This document shows positions 9,986 to 20,186 of a DNA stretch of 64,000 bases, in pieces (within the stretch, counting starts at the first letter, position 1; every line of letters begins with the position of its first letter). The DNA is from Pseudomonadota bacterium (GTDB lineage: Bacteria > Pseudomonadota > Gammaproteobacteria > Pseudomonadales > Azotimanducaceae): NCBI GenBank assembly GCA_036337195.1, contig JAYZES010000002.1, positions 3,197 to 67,196 of the forward strand, written 5' to 3'. Both the position numbers and the translations under genes were made by a program. Under the pieces are notes generated by a model. The model was given only the letters and a program-made list of their open reading frames with translations. It ran no database searches and was not told where the DNA came from.

Positions 9986-11229
9986 CCTTCGTTTAGAGGA
10001 GTTGACATTAAATCGAGAACACCAGCCACAACTGGAAATGAACCAAACACAACAATTAGGTCGTTTATATTGAGGTCCCTCTTGGCTTTTCCGAACGCGG
10101 TAGAAATATTACCACAGGTTTCTGCGTTACTCCTATCACCAAGAACCCATTGTAAGTCTTTTGCTGTCGCTGCACGCGCATCGTCCATGTCAGTAAAATA
10201 CCAACGATGTACTGCGGGAGACAACGTATTGATTACCCTCGACAACTCCTTATCAGAGTACATCCCTACTACGGCATGAACACGTGGTTTCGTTTCCACT
10301 GAATTGAAATAAGTTTTCAGATAGTCTCTAAGATAAACGGCCGCCGCCGGATTATGGGCGACGTCGCAAAGCACTTTTGGCTTGGTGTCAAACCACTGGA
10401 ATCTACCTGTTAATCTTGTGCGACGAATCACATCAAGGATTTGCAGATCGCTTAATTCTATACCCAAGCATGACACCGCCTGAAGCGCTGCTACGGCGCT
10501 ATTTTTTGGGAGTTGAGGGACAGGCAAATCGAAAATCTCTCGTCCCTGAATATGAATCTTGCCGTCTTCAAAACTGAAGTCCTTACCTATCAAAAAAGGC
10601 GTAATACCCAATTTACGAGCATACTGCATGAGTGTGGCAGGTGGATCTGGATCTGCCACTACACATGGGATCCCCGACCTCATAATAGCAGCTTTTTCTA
10701 AGGCAATTTCCTCTCGAGAATTACCAAGCCACGCCTGATGGTCTAGAGCAATTTGAGTTATGACCGAAATATCTCGACTAAATATATTCATTGCATCAAG
10801 CCTACCCCCAAGTCCGACTTCAAGGATCCATATATCTAGATCACTACGATTAAAAATTAACGCCGAGGCCAAGACAGCAAATTCGAAGTAAGTTAAAGAA
10901 ATGTTTCTACGAGCGGTTTCTATACTTTCGAACGCTTCCACTATCACGTCGTCCGATACAGGATAGCCATTGACTTGAATTCTTTCGTTAAACCTTAGAA
11001 GGTGGGGCGACGTACTTTTTCCTACCGAGAGTCCTGCTTCGATACAGAATTGCTCCATATATTCACATGTAGATCCTTTACCATTGGTGCCTGCCACTAT
11101 CGCGACTCTAGAGCTTTGCAGCGTCAGCCCTAGCTCCTCGGCCACCCGATTAACTCGAGCTAGACCTAGATCCCATGTCTTAGAGTGAACTTTTTCTACA
11201 TAACCCAGCCACTCATCCAGAGAGTTCAT
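9982..11229 (-). CDS. folC: Bifunctional folylpolyglutamate synthase / dihydrofolate synthase
   Basis: 415 aa Mur-ligase-type protein with P-loop VAGTNGKGST and FolC-type flanking blocks. Confidence 0.9.
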   Translation of the reverse strand: MNSLDEWLGYVEKVHSKTWDLGLARVNRVAEELGLTLQSSRVAIVAGTNGKGSTCEYMEQFCIEAGLSVGKSTSPHLLRFNERIQVNGYPVSDDVIVEAFESIETARRNISLTYFEFAVLASALIFNRSDLDIWILEVGLGGRLDAMNIFSRDISVITQIALDHQAWLGNSREEIALEKAAIMRSGIPCVVADPDPPATLMQYARKLGITPFLIGKDFSFEDGKIHIQGREIFDLPVPQLPKNSAVAALQAVSCLGIELSDLQILDVIRRTRLTGRFQWFDTKPKVLCDVAHNPAAAVYLRDYLKTYFNSVETKPRVHAVVGMYSDKELSRVINTLSPAVHRWYFTDMDDARAATAKDLQWVLGDRSNAETCGNISTAFGKAKRDLNINDLIVVFGSFPVVAGVLDLMSTPLNEG

Positions 11230-12007
11230 CTAAACCCTGTCGAATCTCTCTTAAAAGATCACAAACATCTTCGTTTCCGAGACCCGATTTTTGTTTGGCT
11301 ATTAGATCGACGATAGCTGACCCTACAACAACCCCATCTGAAAGCGCCCCAATGGCAGCTGCCGTGTCTCCATTTTTTATAACGAAGCCCACCCGAATTG
11401 GAAGACTACTTGCAGACCGTAGCTGCTCTAATTTACATTCGACCTCTTTAACATTGAGGGTTCCTGCGCCGGTTGTTCCTTTCAAAGATACGTAATAAAC
11501 GAATCCACTACTTTCGGAGCAAATCATCTCCATCCGTTGTTGCGTCGTCGTCGGCGCAATGAGGTAGATGAGATCTAGGCTGTTTCTGCTCAGCGATTCT
11601 TTTAAAACAGACGCCTCCTCCGGGGGAAGATTTACGATTATCAAGCCGTCGACACCTGAGTTAGCTGCGCGGTTAGCGAATCGTTCGTATCCCATAGACT
11701 CTACAGGATTTAGGTAACCCATCAAAATGACTGGTGTTCGAAAATCCGTTTTTCTAAAGTCCCTCACTATCCCAAGACAGTGCTCCAACGATGTATTGCT
11801 CCGCAAAGCCCTTTCATGCGCCAATTGAATCACGGGACCCTCCGCTTCAGGATCGGAGAAGGGGACTCCTAACTCAATCGCGTCGACACCCGAGCTAACC
11901 ATATCATGCATCAAATGTAGCGTTGCGTCTCTATTAGGATCTCCCGCCACAATATAGGCGAGTAACTTTTTCTTTTCCGCGGCTAAAGCCTCGCTAAGTC
12001 TACTCAT
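11213..12007 (-). CDS. trpA: Tryptophan synthase alpha chain
   Basis: The sequence reads MSRLSEALAAEKKKLLAYIVAGDP...ELGVPFSDPEAEGPVIQ. I prefer ATG 12007, 10 nt after the trpB stop, over the track start at 12037. Confidence 0.9.
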   Translation of the reverse strand: MSRLSEALAAEKKKLLAYIVAGDPNRDATLHLMHDMVSSGVDAIELGVPFSDPEAEGPVIQLAHERALRSNTSLEHCLGIVRDFRKTDFRTPVILMGYLNPVESMGYERFANRAANSGVDGLIIVNLPPEEASVLKESLSRNSLDLIYLIAPTTTQQRMEMICSESSGFVYYVSLKGTTGAGTLNVKEVECKLEQLRSASSLPIRVGFVIKNGDTAAAIGALSDGVVVGSAIVDLIAKQKSGLGNEDVCDLLREIRQGLDELSG

Positions 12008-12017
12008 CGTGGTGCTC

Positions 12018-13241
12018 TCAATCGATTGAAATACCATCTAAGCGAGCGACAGTAGGAATATCCTTATCACCACGACCGGATAAATTAATTACAATTGATT
12101 GATCTTGCTGCATCGATGCTGCAAGTGTCATCCCGTAGGCCACAGCGTGTGAGGACTCCAAAGCAGGTAGAATGCCCTCTAGTAAGTTAAGCTTACGGAA
12201 AGCCTCCAAAGCTTCATTGTCATCAATAGCCGTGTATTCTGCCCTTCCGATATCCTTCAACCAAGAGTGCTCGGGACCAACCCCTGGATAATCGAGGCCA
12301 GCAGAAATCGAGTGTGTGGGGAGAATTTGCCCATTCTCATCGTGCATTAAATAGGTCCTGTTACCGTGCAATACGCCAATACTTCCCTGATTCAAAGGTG
12401 CCGCATGAGCGCCGGTTTCCAATCCCTCTCCTGCCGCCTCTACCCCAATCAGACGCACCGATTTGTCCTCGAGGAACGGATAAAATATACCCATAGCGTT
12501 GGACCCCCCACCTACGCAAGCAACGATTGCGTCTGGAAGACCACCATTTTGATTCTCGAATTGTTCTTTCGTCTCACGACCTATAACCGACTGAAAGTCT
12601 CTTACCAATTTTGGATAGGGATGCGGTCCCGCGACTGTCCCGATAATATAGTGAGTATTATCTACATTTGTAACCCAATCGCGCATTGCCTCATTCAAGG
12701 CATCTTTAAGTGTCTTAGAGCCAGAGCTTACTGGTACTACTTCCGCTCCCAACAACTTCATTCGATAAACATTAAGAGACTGCCGTTCAATATCTTCACT
12801 ACCCATATATACCTGGCATTTCAGACCAAAACGCGCTGCCACGGTCGCGGAGGCTACACCATGCTGCCCCGCCCCGGTCTCTGCGATGATTCTCGGTTTA
12901 CCCATATGTTTAGCTAACAGTGCGTGTCCAATGCAGCTGTTTATCTTGTGAGCTCCTGTGTGGTTTAGATCCTCCCTCTTGAGAAAGATCTTCGCGCCTC
13001 CCATTTCCGCACTTAATCTCTCTGCGAAATAAAGTGGAGAACTTCTCCCCACGTAATGGGCTAAATCTTTCTTGAGCTCTTCTATAAAAGATTCGTCCTC
13101 ACGCAGCTGCTCGTAGGTAGCTTCCAATTCTGCTAAAGCGGTGGTTAGTGTTTCTGATACGAACTTGCCTCCAAAAACACCAAAGTGACCCGACGCATCA
13201 GGGAAAGAATATAAAGTCTCATTTTGTCCTATACTACTCAT
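12018..13241 (-). CDS. trpB: Tryptophan synthase beta chain
   Basis: 407 aa with the PLP lysine block [15 protein letters not shown] and GGGSNAMG. Its start overlaps the trpF stop (TAATG). Confidence 0.95.
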   Translation of the reverse strand: MSSIGQNETLYSFPDASGHFGVFGGKFVSETLTTALAELEATYEQLREDESFIEELKKDLAHYVGRSSPLYFAERLSAEMGGAKIFLKREDLNHTGAHKINSCIGHALLAKHMGKPRIIAETGAGQHGVASATVAARFGLKCQVYMGSEDIERQSLNVYRMKLLGAEVVPVSSGSKTLKDALNEAMRDWVTNVDNTHYIIGTVAGPHPYPKLVRDFQSVIGRETKEQFENQNGGLPDAIVACVGGGSNAMGIFYPFLEDKSVRLIGVEAAGEGLETGAHAAPLNQGSIGVLHGNRTYLMHDENGQILPTHSISAGLDYPGVGPEHSWLKDIGRAEYTAIDDNEALEAFRKLNLLEGILPALESSHAVAYGMTLAASMQQDQSIVINLSGRGDKDIPTVARLDGISID

Positions 13242-13879
13242 TACACACCCTTTAGGTTATCCGTATCTCGCACTACCTTCACGAATTTTCTTATCATTTC
13301 AGAATTCTTGACACCAGGACTAGATTCTACACCACCGCTAACATCAACAGCATAAGGTCGCGCTATTTCGATAGCCGATGCCACGTTCTCCGCGCATAAC
13401 CCTCCGGCCAACCAGATCGGCTGCTCACTCGTGGGTACGCTAGCCCAATCAAAAGAGATGCCTGTACCACCAAATTTCCCGGCAACAGCACTATCTACAA
13501 GAATTCCGATGCTATCAGGATAACGTTCGAATTCAACTTCAGTTTCATCTTTCGAAACAAAAGGAATCGCCTTTAAAAACGGTAAAGGGAATGAGTCGCA
13601 AAAAGTATTGTCCTCAGAGCCATGAAACTGTAAGAGGTCGAATGGACAATGCTCAATGGCGGACCTAACTTCTTTATAGCCATGGTTTACAAATAGACCC
13701 ACTTTAATAACCGAAGAAGGAAGAGCGTTTAATATTTCTTTAGTATCTTCGATGCCAATGTAACGCGAGCTAGATTCAAACATATTAAAGCCCAGAGCAT
13801 CAACACCCGCATCGACAGCATCTAGAGCGATATCTAACGACGTGATTCCACAAATTTTTATCCGTGTATGCATCAACAA
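13241..13879 (-). CDS. trpF: Phosphoribosylanthranilate isomerase
   Basis: 212 aa with a KICGIT start block, in a trpF-trpB-trpA context. Confidence 0.85.
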   Translation of the reverse strand: MLMHTRIKICGITSLDIALDAVDAGVDALGFNMFESSSRYIGIEDTKEILNALPSSVIKVGLFVNHGYKEVRSAIEHCPFDLLQFHGSEDNTFCDSFPLPFLKAIPFVSKDETEVEFERYPDSIGILVDSAVAGKFGGTGISFDWASVPTSEQPIWLAGGLCAENVASAIEIARPYAVDVSGGVESSPGVKNSEMIRKFVKVVRDTDNLKGV

Positions 13880-13914
13880 TAGTGCGCTATTTAAAATATT
13901 AGTTTATCAGAAAA

Positions 13915-14715
13915 TTAGCGCTGTAAGCCTAAAAAGTGGGGCCATACTAATTCAGGAATATCAATATGAATGCTAGCTTCATATCTGACTCCAACGAGGA
14001 ACAACCCATTAGGAGGGGCAGTTTTACTTGCTTTAGAGCGATCTTTAAAAGCAAGTAATGAAAGAGGCCACGATACAGGTTTTTCTCCTGCTCCAACATC
14101 CAGTAAGACGCCCACTATATTTCTCACCATATGTAATAGGAAGGCATTCGCTGTAATGTCCAAAATAATCAAGTCTCTCTCCCTTGATACCTTAACGGAT
14201 AAGACATTACGCATAGCAGTATTAGACTGGCACTTCGACGCACGAAAAGAACTAAAATCTTTTTCACCCACCAAAAACTGAGCGGCTTCATGCATTTTTT
14301 TATGATCCAGAAGGCGATGCTCTCTATAGAGATACTCTGGTAGAAGAGCGGAGCGGATAGGACTATTGTAGATCACGTAAAGATACCGCCTCGAAAATGC
14401 TGAATGCCTGGCGCTAAAGTTATTGGGAACTATAGCGCCGCAATTGACCGAAATGCTTTCTGGTAAATGAGAGTTGGTTCCATACACCCACGCTCGAGTA
14501 TCTCGATCACTATTTGTGGAAAATTCGACTATCTGATTGGTAGCATGAACCCCTGCATCTGTTCGCCCGGCACAGCCGACGCGAATGGGGCTATTTGCTA
14601 TTTTAGAGAGCGCATCTTCCAGCTCCCCCTGAACTGTCCGGACGTTTCCTTTCTGCCACTGCCAACCATGATATGGCGCACCATTATAAGAAACACTTAA
14701 CGCTACTTTTTTCAA
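13915..14715 (-). CDS. truA: tRNA pseudouridine(38-40) synthase
   Basis: 266 aa with YNGAPYHGWQWQ and the catalytic-Asp block GAGRTDAGVHA. Confidence 0.9.
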   Translation of the reverse strand: MKKVALSVSYNGAPYHGWQWQKGNVRTVQGELEDALSKIANSPIRVGCAGRTDAGVHATNQIVEFSTNSDRDTRAWVYGTNSHLPESISVNCGAIVPNNFSARHSAFSRRYLYVIYNSPIRSALLPEYLYREHRLLDHKKMHEAAQFLVGEKDFSSFRASKCQSNTAMRNVLSVKVSRERDLIILDITANAFLLHMVRNIVGVLLDVGAGEKPVSWPLSLLAFKDRSKASKTAPPNGLFLVGVRYEASIHIDIPELVWPHFLGLQR

Positions 14716-14725
14716 TAGTTGCTAA

Positions 14726-16336
14726 CTAGTTAAGTCTGTCTAACAATATATTTGCTTCCTGAATCTGCTCTGAATTACCCTCTTCGAGGACTGCAGCCAG
14801 GAGCGGCCTAGCACTATCTTGATCTCCCATATCGACATAGGCTCTTGCTAAATTTAGCTTTCCATTAGCATCTTCATCAATGTTTGGTTCACCATTATTG
14901 TGATTACTGGCCTCGGGCGATTTTTGCTCTGCACCATCTTCTGTAAATGCTATTTCTACACTAACGTCATCTGCGGGTTTGGTACTATCTCCAACCCAAT
15001 CGATTTTCTCCCCTCCAGTAAAATCTGAAGGATCTTCATCTTCTGAACTCTGTCGGCCAGTTTTTCTCTTCGCCAAAAGTATCGCTATCACCAGTCCGCA
15101 AACTAAAATCGTAAAAATCAAAGCCACAAACAATGGATCGTTTAAAAGACTGCTTGCAGTCGCTTTAGAACCAGAGGACCCTTCTTTCTCGGATAAACTT
15201 GTTCGCACGGACTCATTTAAATTTTTCATCTCTAGACGCCACGCCGCTAGCTGATCATCTTTAAGCTTAATAAGCTCATTTAACGTCTCAATTTGAGCAT
15301 TCAATTCATCTAGCCGGATATTCAGTTCGTTATTAGATCTGCGTGCCCCATCTAGTTCCTCGCGAGCAAAATCGAGCTCGTTTTGTAAAGTGTCATTCTT
15401 GATACCGAGGACTCCCGCTCCCGCACGTTGACCACTGCTACTATTAGCCGCCAATAACGTTAGCTTGCCATCTAGATATTTATTTTTGATAGGAGGCTCT
15501 CTGCGCTCTCGAGGACTAGCATCCAATTGCGCCAGCCTACTTTTTTTATAGTCCTGGAATTGCTCATTTTGTAGTTGGACCAAAGTATTCGCTTCGAGTT
15601 TGGAGTCTTGAGTCATATCTAAGGCATCCGGAATACGCAGCACATAACCAATCTTCAAAAGATTAATGTTATTGTTGATAAACGCGTCGGGATTCAACCT
15701 CTGTAAAGCCAACATAGTTTGCTGAATGCTTATGCTGTTATCAGTTCTAACTTTTAAGGCAATCTCCCAGAGAGTGTCACCACTCTTAGTAATACCGTAA
15801 TCTTTTTGAGTTCGTTCCCTGCCTTTTTTCGACGAAAGCTTTTCTATAATCTTTTCCTTCTTGCCCAACACTGAACCATTTGTATTTGCATTTTCTTTTT
15901 TGGAAATAGCGAGTTCTATGGGGGCATTATCACGATTATCGAATATAGGCAGATCCAACAAAACGGTGTAATCCAACAGAATTTTCCCACTGGGCCAAAA
16001 AACCTCGATGATAAAGTCGAAAAGAGGTTCCTTGATTGGCTGAGTGCTCGTGACCTCCAGGTATAATCCTCCGGAATCGTTCTCAAGAACTTTGAATTTC
16101 AGATCGGTCACAATGACTGATCTTTCTTTATCAAATCGACTATAGTCCTCAGCAGAAGCCAGCACTATGATGATATCTCTAGGCGATAAGCTTAAGGTTT
16201 TATTTAATGGGATTTCAGCATTTAAAGGTTCACCTAATTTGGACTTCAGCTCTAACTCCCCCAGACTAAGCGCGAGCACTGGAGGCAGGTAGAGCGTTAA
16301 AAAAAGTACTAAAAGTATGTAACGACTTCCACTCAT
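14726..16336 (-). CDS. FimV-like protein (LysM peptidoglycan-binding domain, coiled coil, TM helix, C-terminal FimV TPR motif)
   Basis: Domain order is: signal/anchor MSGSRYILLVLFLTLYL; LysM (YGITKSGDTLWEIALKV...LLKIGYVLRIP); a coiled-coil stretch; TM helix LFVALIFTILVCGLVIAILLA; and a C-terminal KLNLARAYVDMGDQDSARPLL motif. The asd-fimV-truA synteny matches Pseudomonas. The start is trimmed to the Met preceding the signal peptide. Confidence 0.7.
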   Translation of the reverse strand: MSGSRYILLVLFLTLYLPPVLALSLGELELKSKLGEPLNAEIPLNKTLSLSPRDIIIVLASAEDYSRFDKERSVIVTDLKFKVLENDSGGLYLEVTSTQPIKEPLFDFIIEVFWPSGKILLDYTVLLDLPIFDNRDNAPIELAISKKENANTNGSVLGKKEKIIEKLSSKKGRERTQKDYGITKSGDTLWEIALKVRTDNSISIQQTMLALQRLNPDAFINNNINLLKIGYVLRIPDALDMTQDSKLEANTLVQLQNEQFQDYKKSRLAQLDASPRERREPPIKNKYLDGKLTLLAANSSSGQRAGAGVLGIKNDTLQNELDFAREELDGARRSNNELNIRLDELNAQIETLNELIKLKDDQLAAWRLEMKNLNESVRTSLSEKEGSSGSKATASSLLNDPLFVALIFTILVCGLVIAILLAKRKTGRQSSEDEDPSDFTGGEKIDWVGDSTKPADDVSVEIAFTEDGAEQKSPEASNHNNGEPNIDEDANGKLNLARAYVDMGDQDSARPLLAAVLEEGNSEQIQEANILLDRLN

Positions 16337-16471
16337 TTTTCTCTCTCGATGCAAGAACACCGCGCAGAACCTAAAATAACAATTAATCCTCACGGTATCT
16401 GGTCGCATTTTAGGAAGGAGGACAAATGTAATAACAGAATCATTATGGCTGCTACCTCAGGTATGCATTTA

Positions 16472-17488
16472 CTATAAGTATTCGGTCAAAATTTCTGCTA
16501 TTTGTACGCTATTCAGCGCAGCACCTTTCCGAACGTTGTCGGATACCACCCATAAATCCAGTCCTGTATCCAAACTAAGATCTTTCCTAATTCGGCCAAC
16601 GAAGACCCCATCTTTACCGGCAGAATCGGAAACAGCGGTGGGGTAACCTCCATCGATCATTTCATCGATTACCTGAACCCCAGGAGATTTAGAGAGAAGC
16701 CCAACCACCTCCTTAATAGTTATCTTGCTGTGGGTCTGGATATGAACTGCCTCTGAATGACCATAGAAAACTGGTATCCTTACACATGTCGGATTCACTT
16801 CGATTTCGTCATCTTCGAAAATTTTTTTTGTTTCCCATACCATTTTCATCTCTTCGAGAGTGAAGCCATTATCAAGAAATTCTCCGATATGCGGAATTGC
16901 ATTAAAGCTAATCTGCTTGGTAAAAACTGCTCTCTGGAGAGGTTTAGCATTTAGGAGATCTGCGGTTTGACTCGCCAACTCTTCTATCCCTCGTTTCCCC
17001 GAACCAGAAACTGCTTGGTATGTACAAACATTGATTCGACTAATTCCAACCGCGTCATAAATTGGTTTGAGTGCCACAACCATTTGTATCGTAGAACAAT
17101 TTGGATTGGCAATAATATTTCGATTAACGTAATTTTGAACTGCATGAGGATTAACTTCAGGCACTACAAGAGGAATGTCTTCATCTCTTCGAAAATAGGA
17201 CGTATTATCAACGACAATACATCCATCCGCGGCGGCCATTGGCGCATACTCTGCAGATACACTTCCTCCCGCGGAGAACAACCCAATCTGTGCATTGGAA
17301 AAATCAAATTTTGCGAGATCGTTTACGACTAAAGATTTTCCTTTAAATTGCATCCGAGTTCCTGCGGACCGCTCGCTTGCAAGAAGGAAGAGCTCTTTTA
17401 CGGGAAACTGCCGTTCCTCAAGTATTTGGATCATGGCCTCACCGACGGCTCCAGTAGCTCCGACAACAGCAACGTTATAGCCATCCAT
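16472..17488 (-). CDS. asd: Aspartate-semialdehyde dehydrogenase (short ~340 aa type; a USG-1-like paralogue is not excluded)
   Basis: Contains VAVVGATGAVG (Rossmann fold), the active-site block NPNCSTIQM and a HSEAV His block. Confidence 0.75.
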   Translation of the reverse strand: MDGYNVAVVGATGAVGEAMIQILEERQFPVKELFLLASERSAGTRMQFKGKSLVVNDLAKFDFSNAQIGLFSAGGSVSAEYAPMAAADGCIVVDNTSYFRRDEDIPLVVPEVNPHAVQNYVNRNIIANPNCSTIQMVVALKPIYDAVGISRINVCTYQAVSGSGKRGIEELASQTADLLNAKPLQRAVFTKQISFNAIPHIGEFLDNGFTLEEMKMVWETKKIFEDDEIEVNPTCVRIPVFYGHSEAVHIQTHSKITIKEVVGLLSKSPGVQVIDEMIDGGYPTAVSDSAGKDGVFVGRIRKDLSLDTGLDLWVVSDNVRKGAALNSVQIAEILTEYL

Positions 17489-17520
17489 AATTCGTTCTCC
17501 AACAAATCTTTATAATTGTT

Positions 17521-18609
17521 TTAGTTGAGCTCGGGTAAAGTAGTTTTAACATCTGCATTCTGGCCACGGTGCTTCAATGCTTCATCCATAAGCACCAAAG
17601 CTAACATTGCTTCAGCTATTGGGGTTGCTCTAACGCCAACACAAGGATCATGCCGCCCCTTCGTAGAAACTTCCGCTTCGACACCGTTCCGGTCAATAGT
17701 TCGCACGGACTGCGTGATACTAGAGGTCGGTTTAAGTGCCAAATTGACCACAATATCCTGACCACTTGAAATTCCACCCAAGATTCCACCGGAATTATTC
17801 GATTTAAAGCCCTGAGGAGTTATTTCATCACGATGTTCGCTACCCCGCTGAGTTATGCTGGAGAAGCCTGAACCGATCTCTACACCTTTCACTGCATTAA
17901 TACTCATCATTGCTCGGGCCAAAGAAGCATCTAGCTTATCGAAGACGGGTTCGCCCCATCCAGCAACCATGCCAGTTGCAGTGACCATAATTTTTGCTCC
18001 TACAGAATCTCCCTCACGTCTGAGTGTATTTATTAACTCCTCCAGCTCTCCCACAATGGATGAATCAGGACAAAAAAATGGATTGTTTGATACCTCACTC
18101 CAATCGATCGTTCGAGCTGAAATGCTACCCATCTGCATTAAACAACCCCTAATTTCCAAACCATATCGGGTTCGTAAATATTTTCGAGCGATACCTCCTG
18201 CAGCCACTCTCATCGTAGTTTCTCGAGCAGAAGAACGGCCTCCCCCCCTATAATCTCGAAAACCAAACTTTTTCTCATAGGTGAAATCAGCATGAGCTGG
18301 TCGAAAAACATCCTTTATGTTTGCGTAATCTTTCGATTTTTGATCCTCATTATGAACAATTAAACCTATCGGAGTACCCGTAGTTTTTCCCTCGAATACT
18401 CCAGACAATATAGAGACCTGATCACCTTCTTTCCTCTGAGTTGTGTACTTGGAGGTTCCCGGTTTCCGACGATCTAAATCACCCTGCAGATCGATTTCGG
18501 AAAGCTCAAGACCAGGAGGGCATCCATCAACAATACACCCCAGAGCTTTCCCGTGGCTCTCTCCAAAAGTGGTTACAGTAAACATTGTACCTAAACTACT
18601 TCCTGGCAT
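17521..18609 (-). CDS. aroC: Chorismate synthase
   Basis: 362 aa with [21 protein letters not shown] and RHDPCV signature blocks. Confidence 0.95.
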   Translation of the reverse strand: MPGSSLGTMFTVTTFGESHGKALGCIVDGCPPGLELSEIDLQGDLDRRKPGTSKYTTQRKEGDQVSILSGVFEGKTTGTPIGLIVHNEDQKSKDYANIKDVFRPAHADFTYEKKFGFRDYRGGGRSSARETTMRVAAGGIARKYLRTRYGLEIRGCLMQMGSISARTIDWSEVSNNPFFCPDSSIVGELEELINTLRREGDSVGAKIMVTATGMVAGWGEPVFDKLDASLARAMMSINAVKGVEIGSGFSSITQRGSEHRDEITPQGFKSNNSGGILGGISSGQDIVVNLALKPTSSITQSVRTIDRNGVEAEVSTKGRHDPCVGVRATPIAEAMLALVLMDEALKHRGQNADVKTTLPELN

Positions 18610-18840
18610 AATTATTTCTCAAGATACTTTCAGTTGTAGACATTATAACGAATTGTTCTGCGTCATATTGATTGAGCATTTGCTCTTTTTCAATAGGCTT
18701 TGAATCGATGTTTCGAGTTTCGCGTGTCGTCCTCCTCCAACCTATGTCAAGAAGTAGCTCAGGGGCCTGAGACAACGGGGCCAAATGATTTCTTTAGGGA
18801 GAGCAGGAATGGCGGAACGTCGTTTTAATTTCAAATAGCA

Positions 18841-19632
18841 CTAAGGCCTAATAACTAACAGCTCTATACTGCTAGGACTCCCACCTTGATTCTCTAACAA
18901 CGCCCCAAGCCCATGAATGGTAATTCTATCCTCATCTCCGATTAACCTTCTCACGTTGTTACCAATCTGTTTGCTTTTCGTTATCGAGTCCTCAATACCT
19001 CTTCCCTCCTCGATTTCATGATGAACTATAATATGCAAGGTGAGTTCCTCGTTCTCACTCAGCATATTACTTGCAAAACTAACTGCAGACTGGCTGCTTT
19101 GAAAGCTATACCGTTCGATCTTTTCCCCTTCTGAATCTTTTCCAATTACTTCGATATGAAAATACAATTTTCTAGTACCGCGCATCGCAACGTAAACAGA
19201 TATATATTCGTCATTCTTCAAGCGGGCCAAGACATACCGCTGAAATTGTTCTGGGCCGTAAAGGATAGGCTTTGCAAAGACAGTATTCGCCCAATAATTA
19301 CTTGGCCCACAGTTACGGCCACTACATTCAAAAAGTATTTCTCCGAGAGAAAGTAATTGCAACCGATAAAAATCTTTAACTTGATCAACGTCTCTTTCTC
19401 CCGGGACAAAATATGTCTCAGAGCTTTTAGTACCAACAATATATTCCGAGTTTTCGGGCTCCAAGACATTATTAATTTTTTTTAAAGAGCCAAGTATTAT
19501 CCTATGGGTCCCATCTGCTTTACCTATGACCTTGTCAACTAATTCTAGCCCAGGGTAATCGTCGAGCCTCAAGTCTGCATAAACACTGAAAGGGCTCAGG
19601 AGCAAAATTAAGATTACGATTCGAGCACCCAT
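18841..19632 (-). CDS. Secreted protein of unknown function
   Basis: 263 aa with the signal peptide MGARIVILILLLSPFSVYA and a Cys pair in LFECSGRNCGPSNYWAN. Its start overlaps the sixA stop by 19 nt. I did not recognise a catalytic motif. Confidence 0.5.
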   Translation of the reverse strand: MGARIVILILLLSPFSVYADLRLDDYPGLELVDKVIGKADGTHRIILGSLKKINNVLEPENSEYIVGTKSSETYFVPGERDVDQVKDFYRLQLLSLGEILFECSGRNCGPSNYWANTVFAKPILYGPEQFQRYVLARLKNDEYISVYVAMRGTRKLYFHIEVIGKDSEGEKIERYSFQSSQSAVSFASNMLSENEELTLHIIVHHEIEEGRGIEDSITKSKQIGNNVRRLIGDEDRITIHGLGALLENQGGSPSSIELLVIRP

Positions 19633-20060
19633 TCCAACTCCCCAGTGTAGAGACCAAAACTGTCTAATCTGATGCAGGTAACCATTGCTTCCCTGATAGC
19701 GACGATTTCTCCCGTTAAATAATGGGTCATCTTGCCAACAAAAGGTTGATGCGATAGAAGCAAGAGAGAGGCTTCTCGCAGAGTATCAAGCTTCTCCGCA
19801 ATTACTTTACATGATGCACCAGGCGCTAAATCATCGCATAATTCCAAAGGAACGTTAGGGTAGGACAACTCATGAATTATCTCCGCCGTTTGAACAGTGC
19901 GTCGCGATGGGCTGCACAATATTTTATCTAGTATCGACATTTTCTTTCTTAGGCGCCTTGCTACGTTTCTAACACCGCAACACCCATCAGGAGAGAGTAC
20001 TCGATCAAAATCATTGATGTCATATGGCGCCTTCCCGTGCCGCATAATTAATAAGTACAT
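19614..20060 (-). CDS. sixA: Phosphohistidine phosphatase SixA
   Basis: 148 aa with an N-terminal LIMRHGKA (RHG histidine-phosphatase motif) and SixA-like size. Confidence 0.7.
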   Translation of the reverse strand: MYLLIMRHGKAPYDINDFDRVLSPDGCCGVRNVARRLRKKMSILDKILCSPSRRTVQTAEIIHELSYPNVPLELCDDLAPGASCKVIAEKLDTLREASLLLLSHQPFVGKMTHYLTGEIVAIREAMVTCIRLDSFGLYTGELEWVLES

Positions 20061-20186
20061 ACATGTCTCAGAAAATACAGAAAGACATAAGTTTCAATTG
20101 AAAAAAGCCTAAGCATCTTTCTCCTCTTCTTACTGAGTGATTACAAACTCGTTGGCAAGCACCTCTAATTTCGAAGATGGCAAATG

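Noticed and set aside
16337-16408. N-terminal extensions of track ORFs: FimV-like 16337-16408, sdhA 32360-32419, sdhB 30577-30633, gltA 33295-33327 and D-aminoacylase 62537-62617.
   Set aside because: The extensions overlap upstream genes or precede obvious signal peptides or conserved N-termini. Internal starts restore canonical lengths and the typical stop/start coupling.
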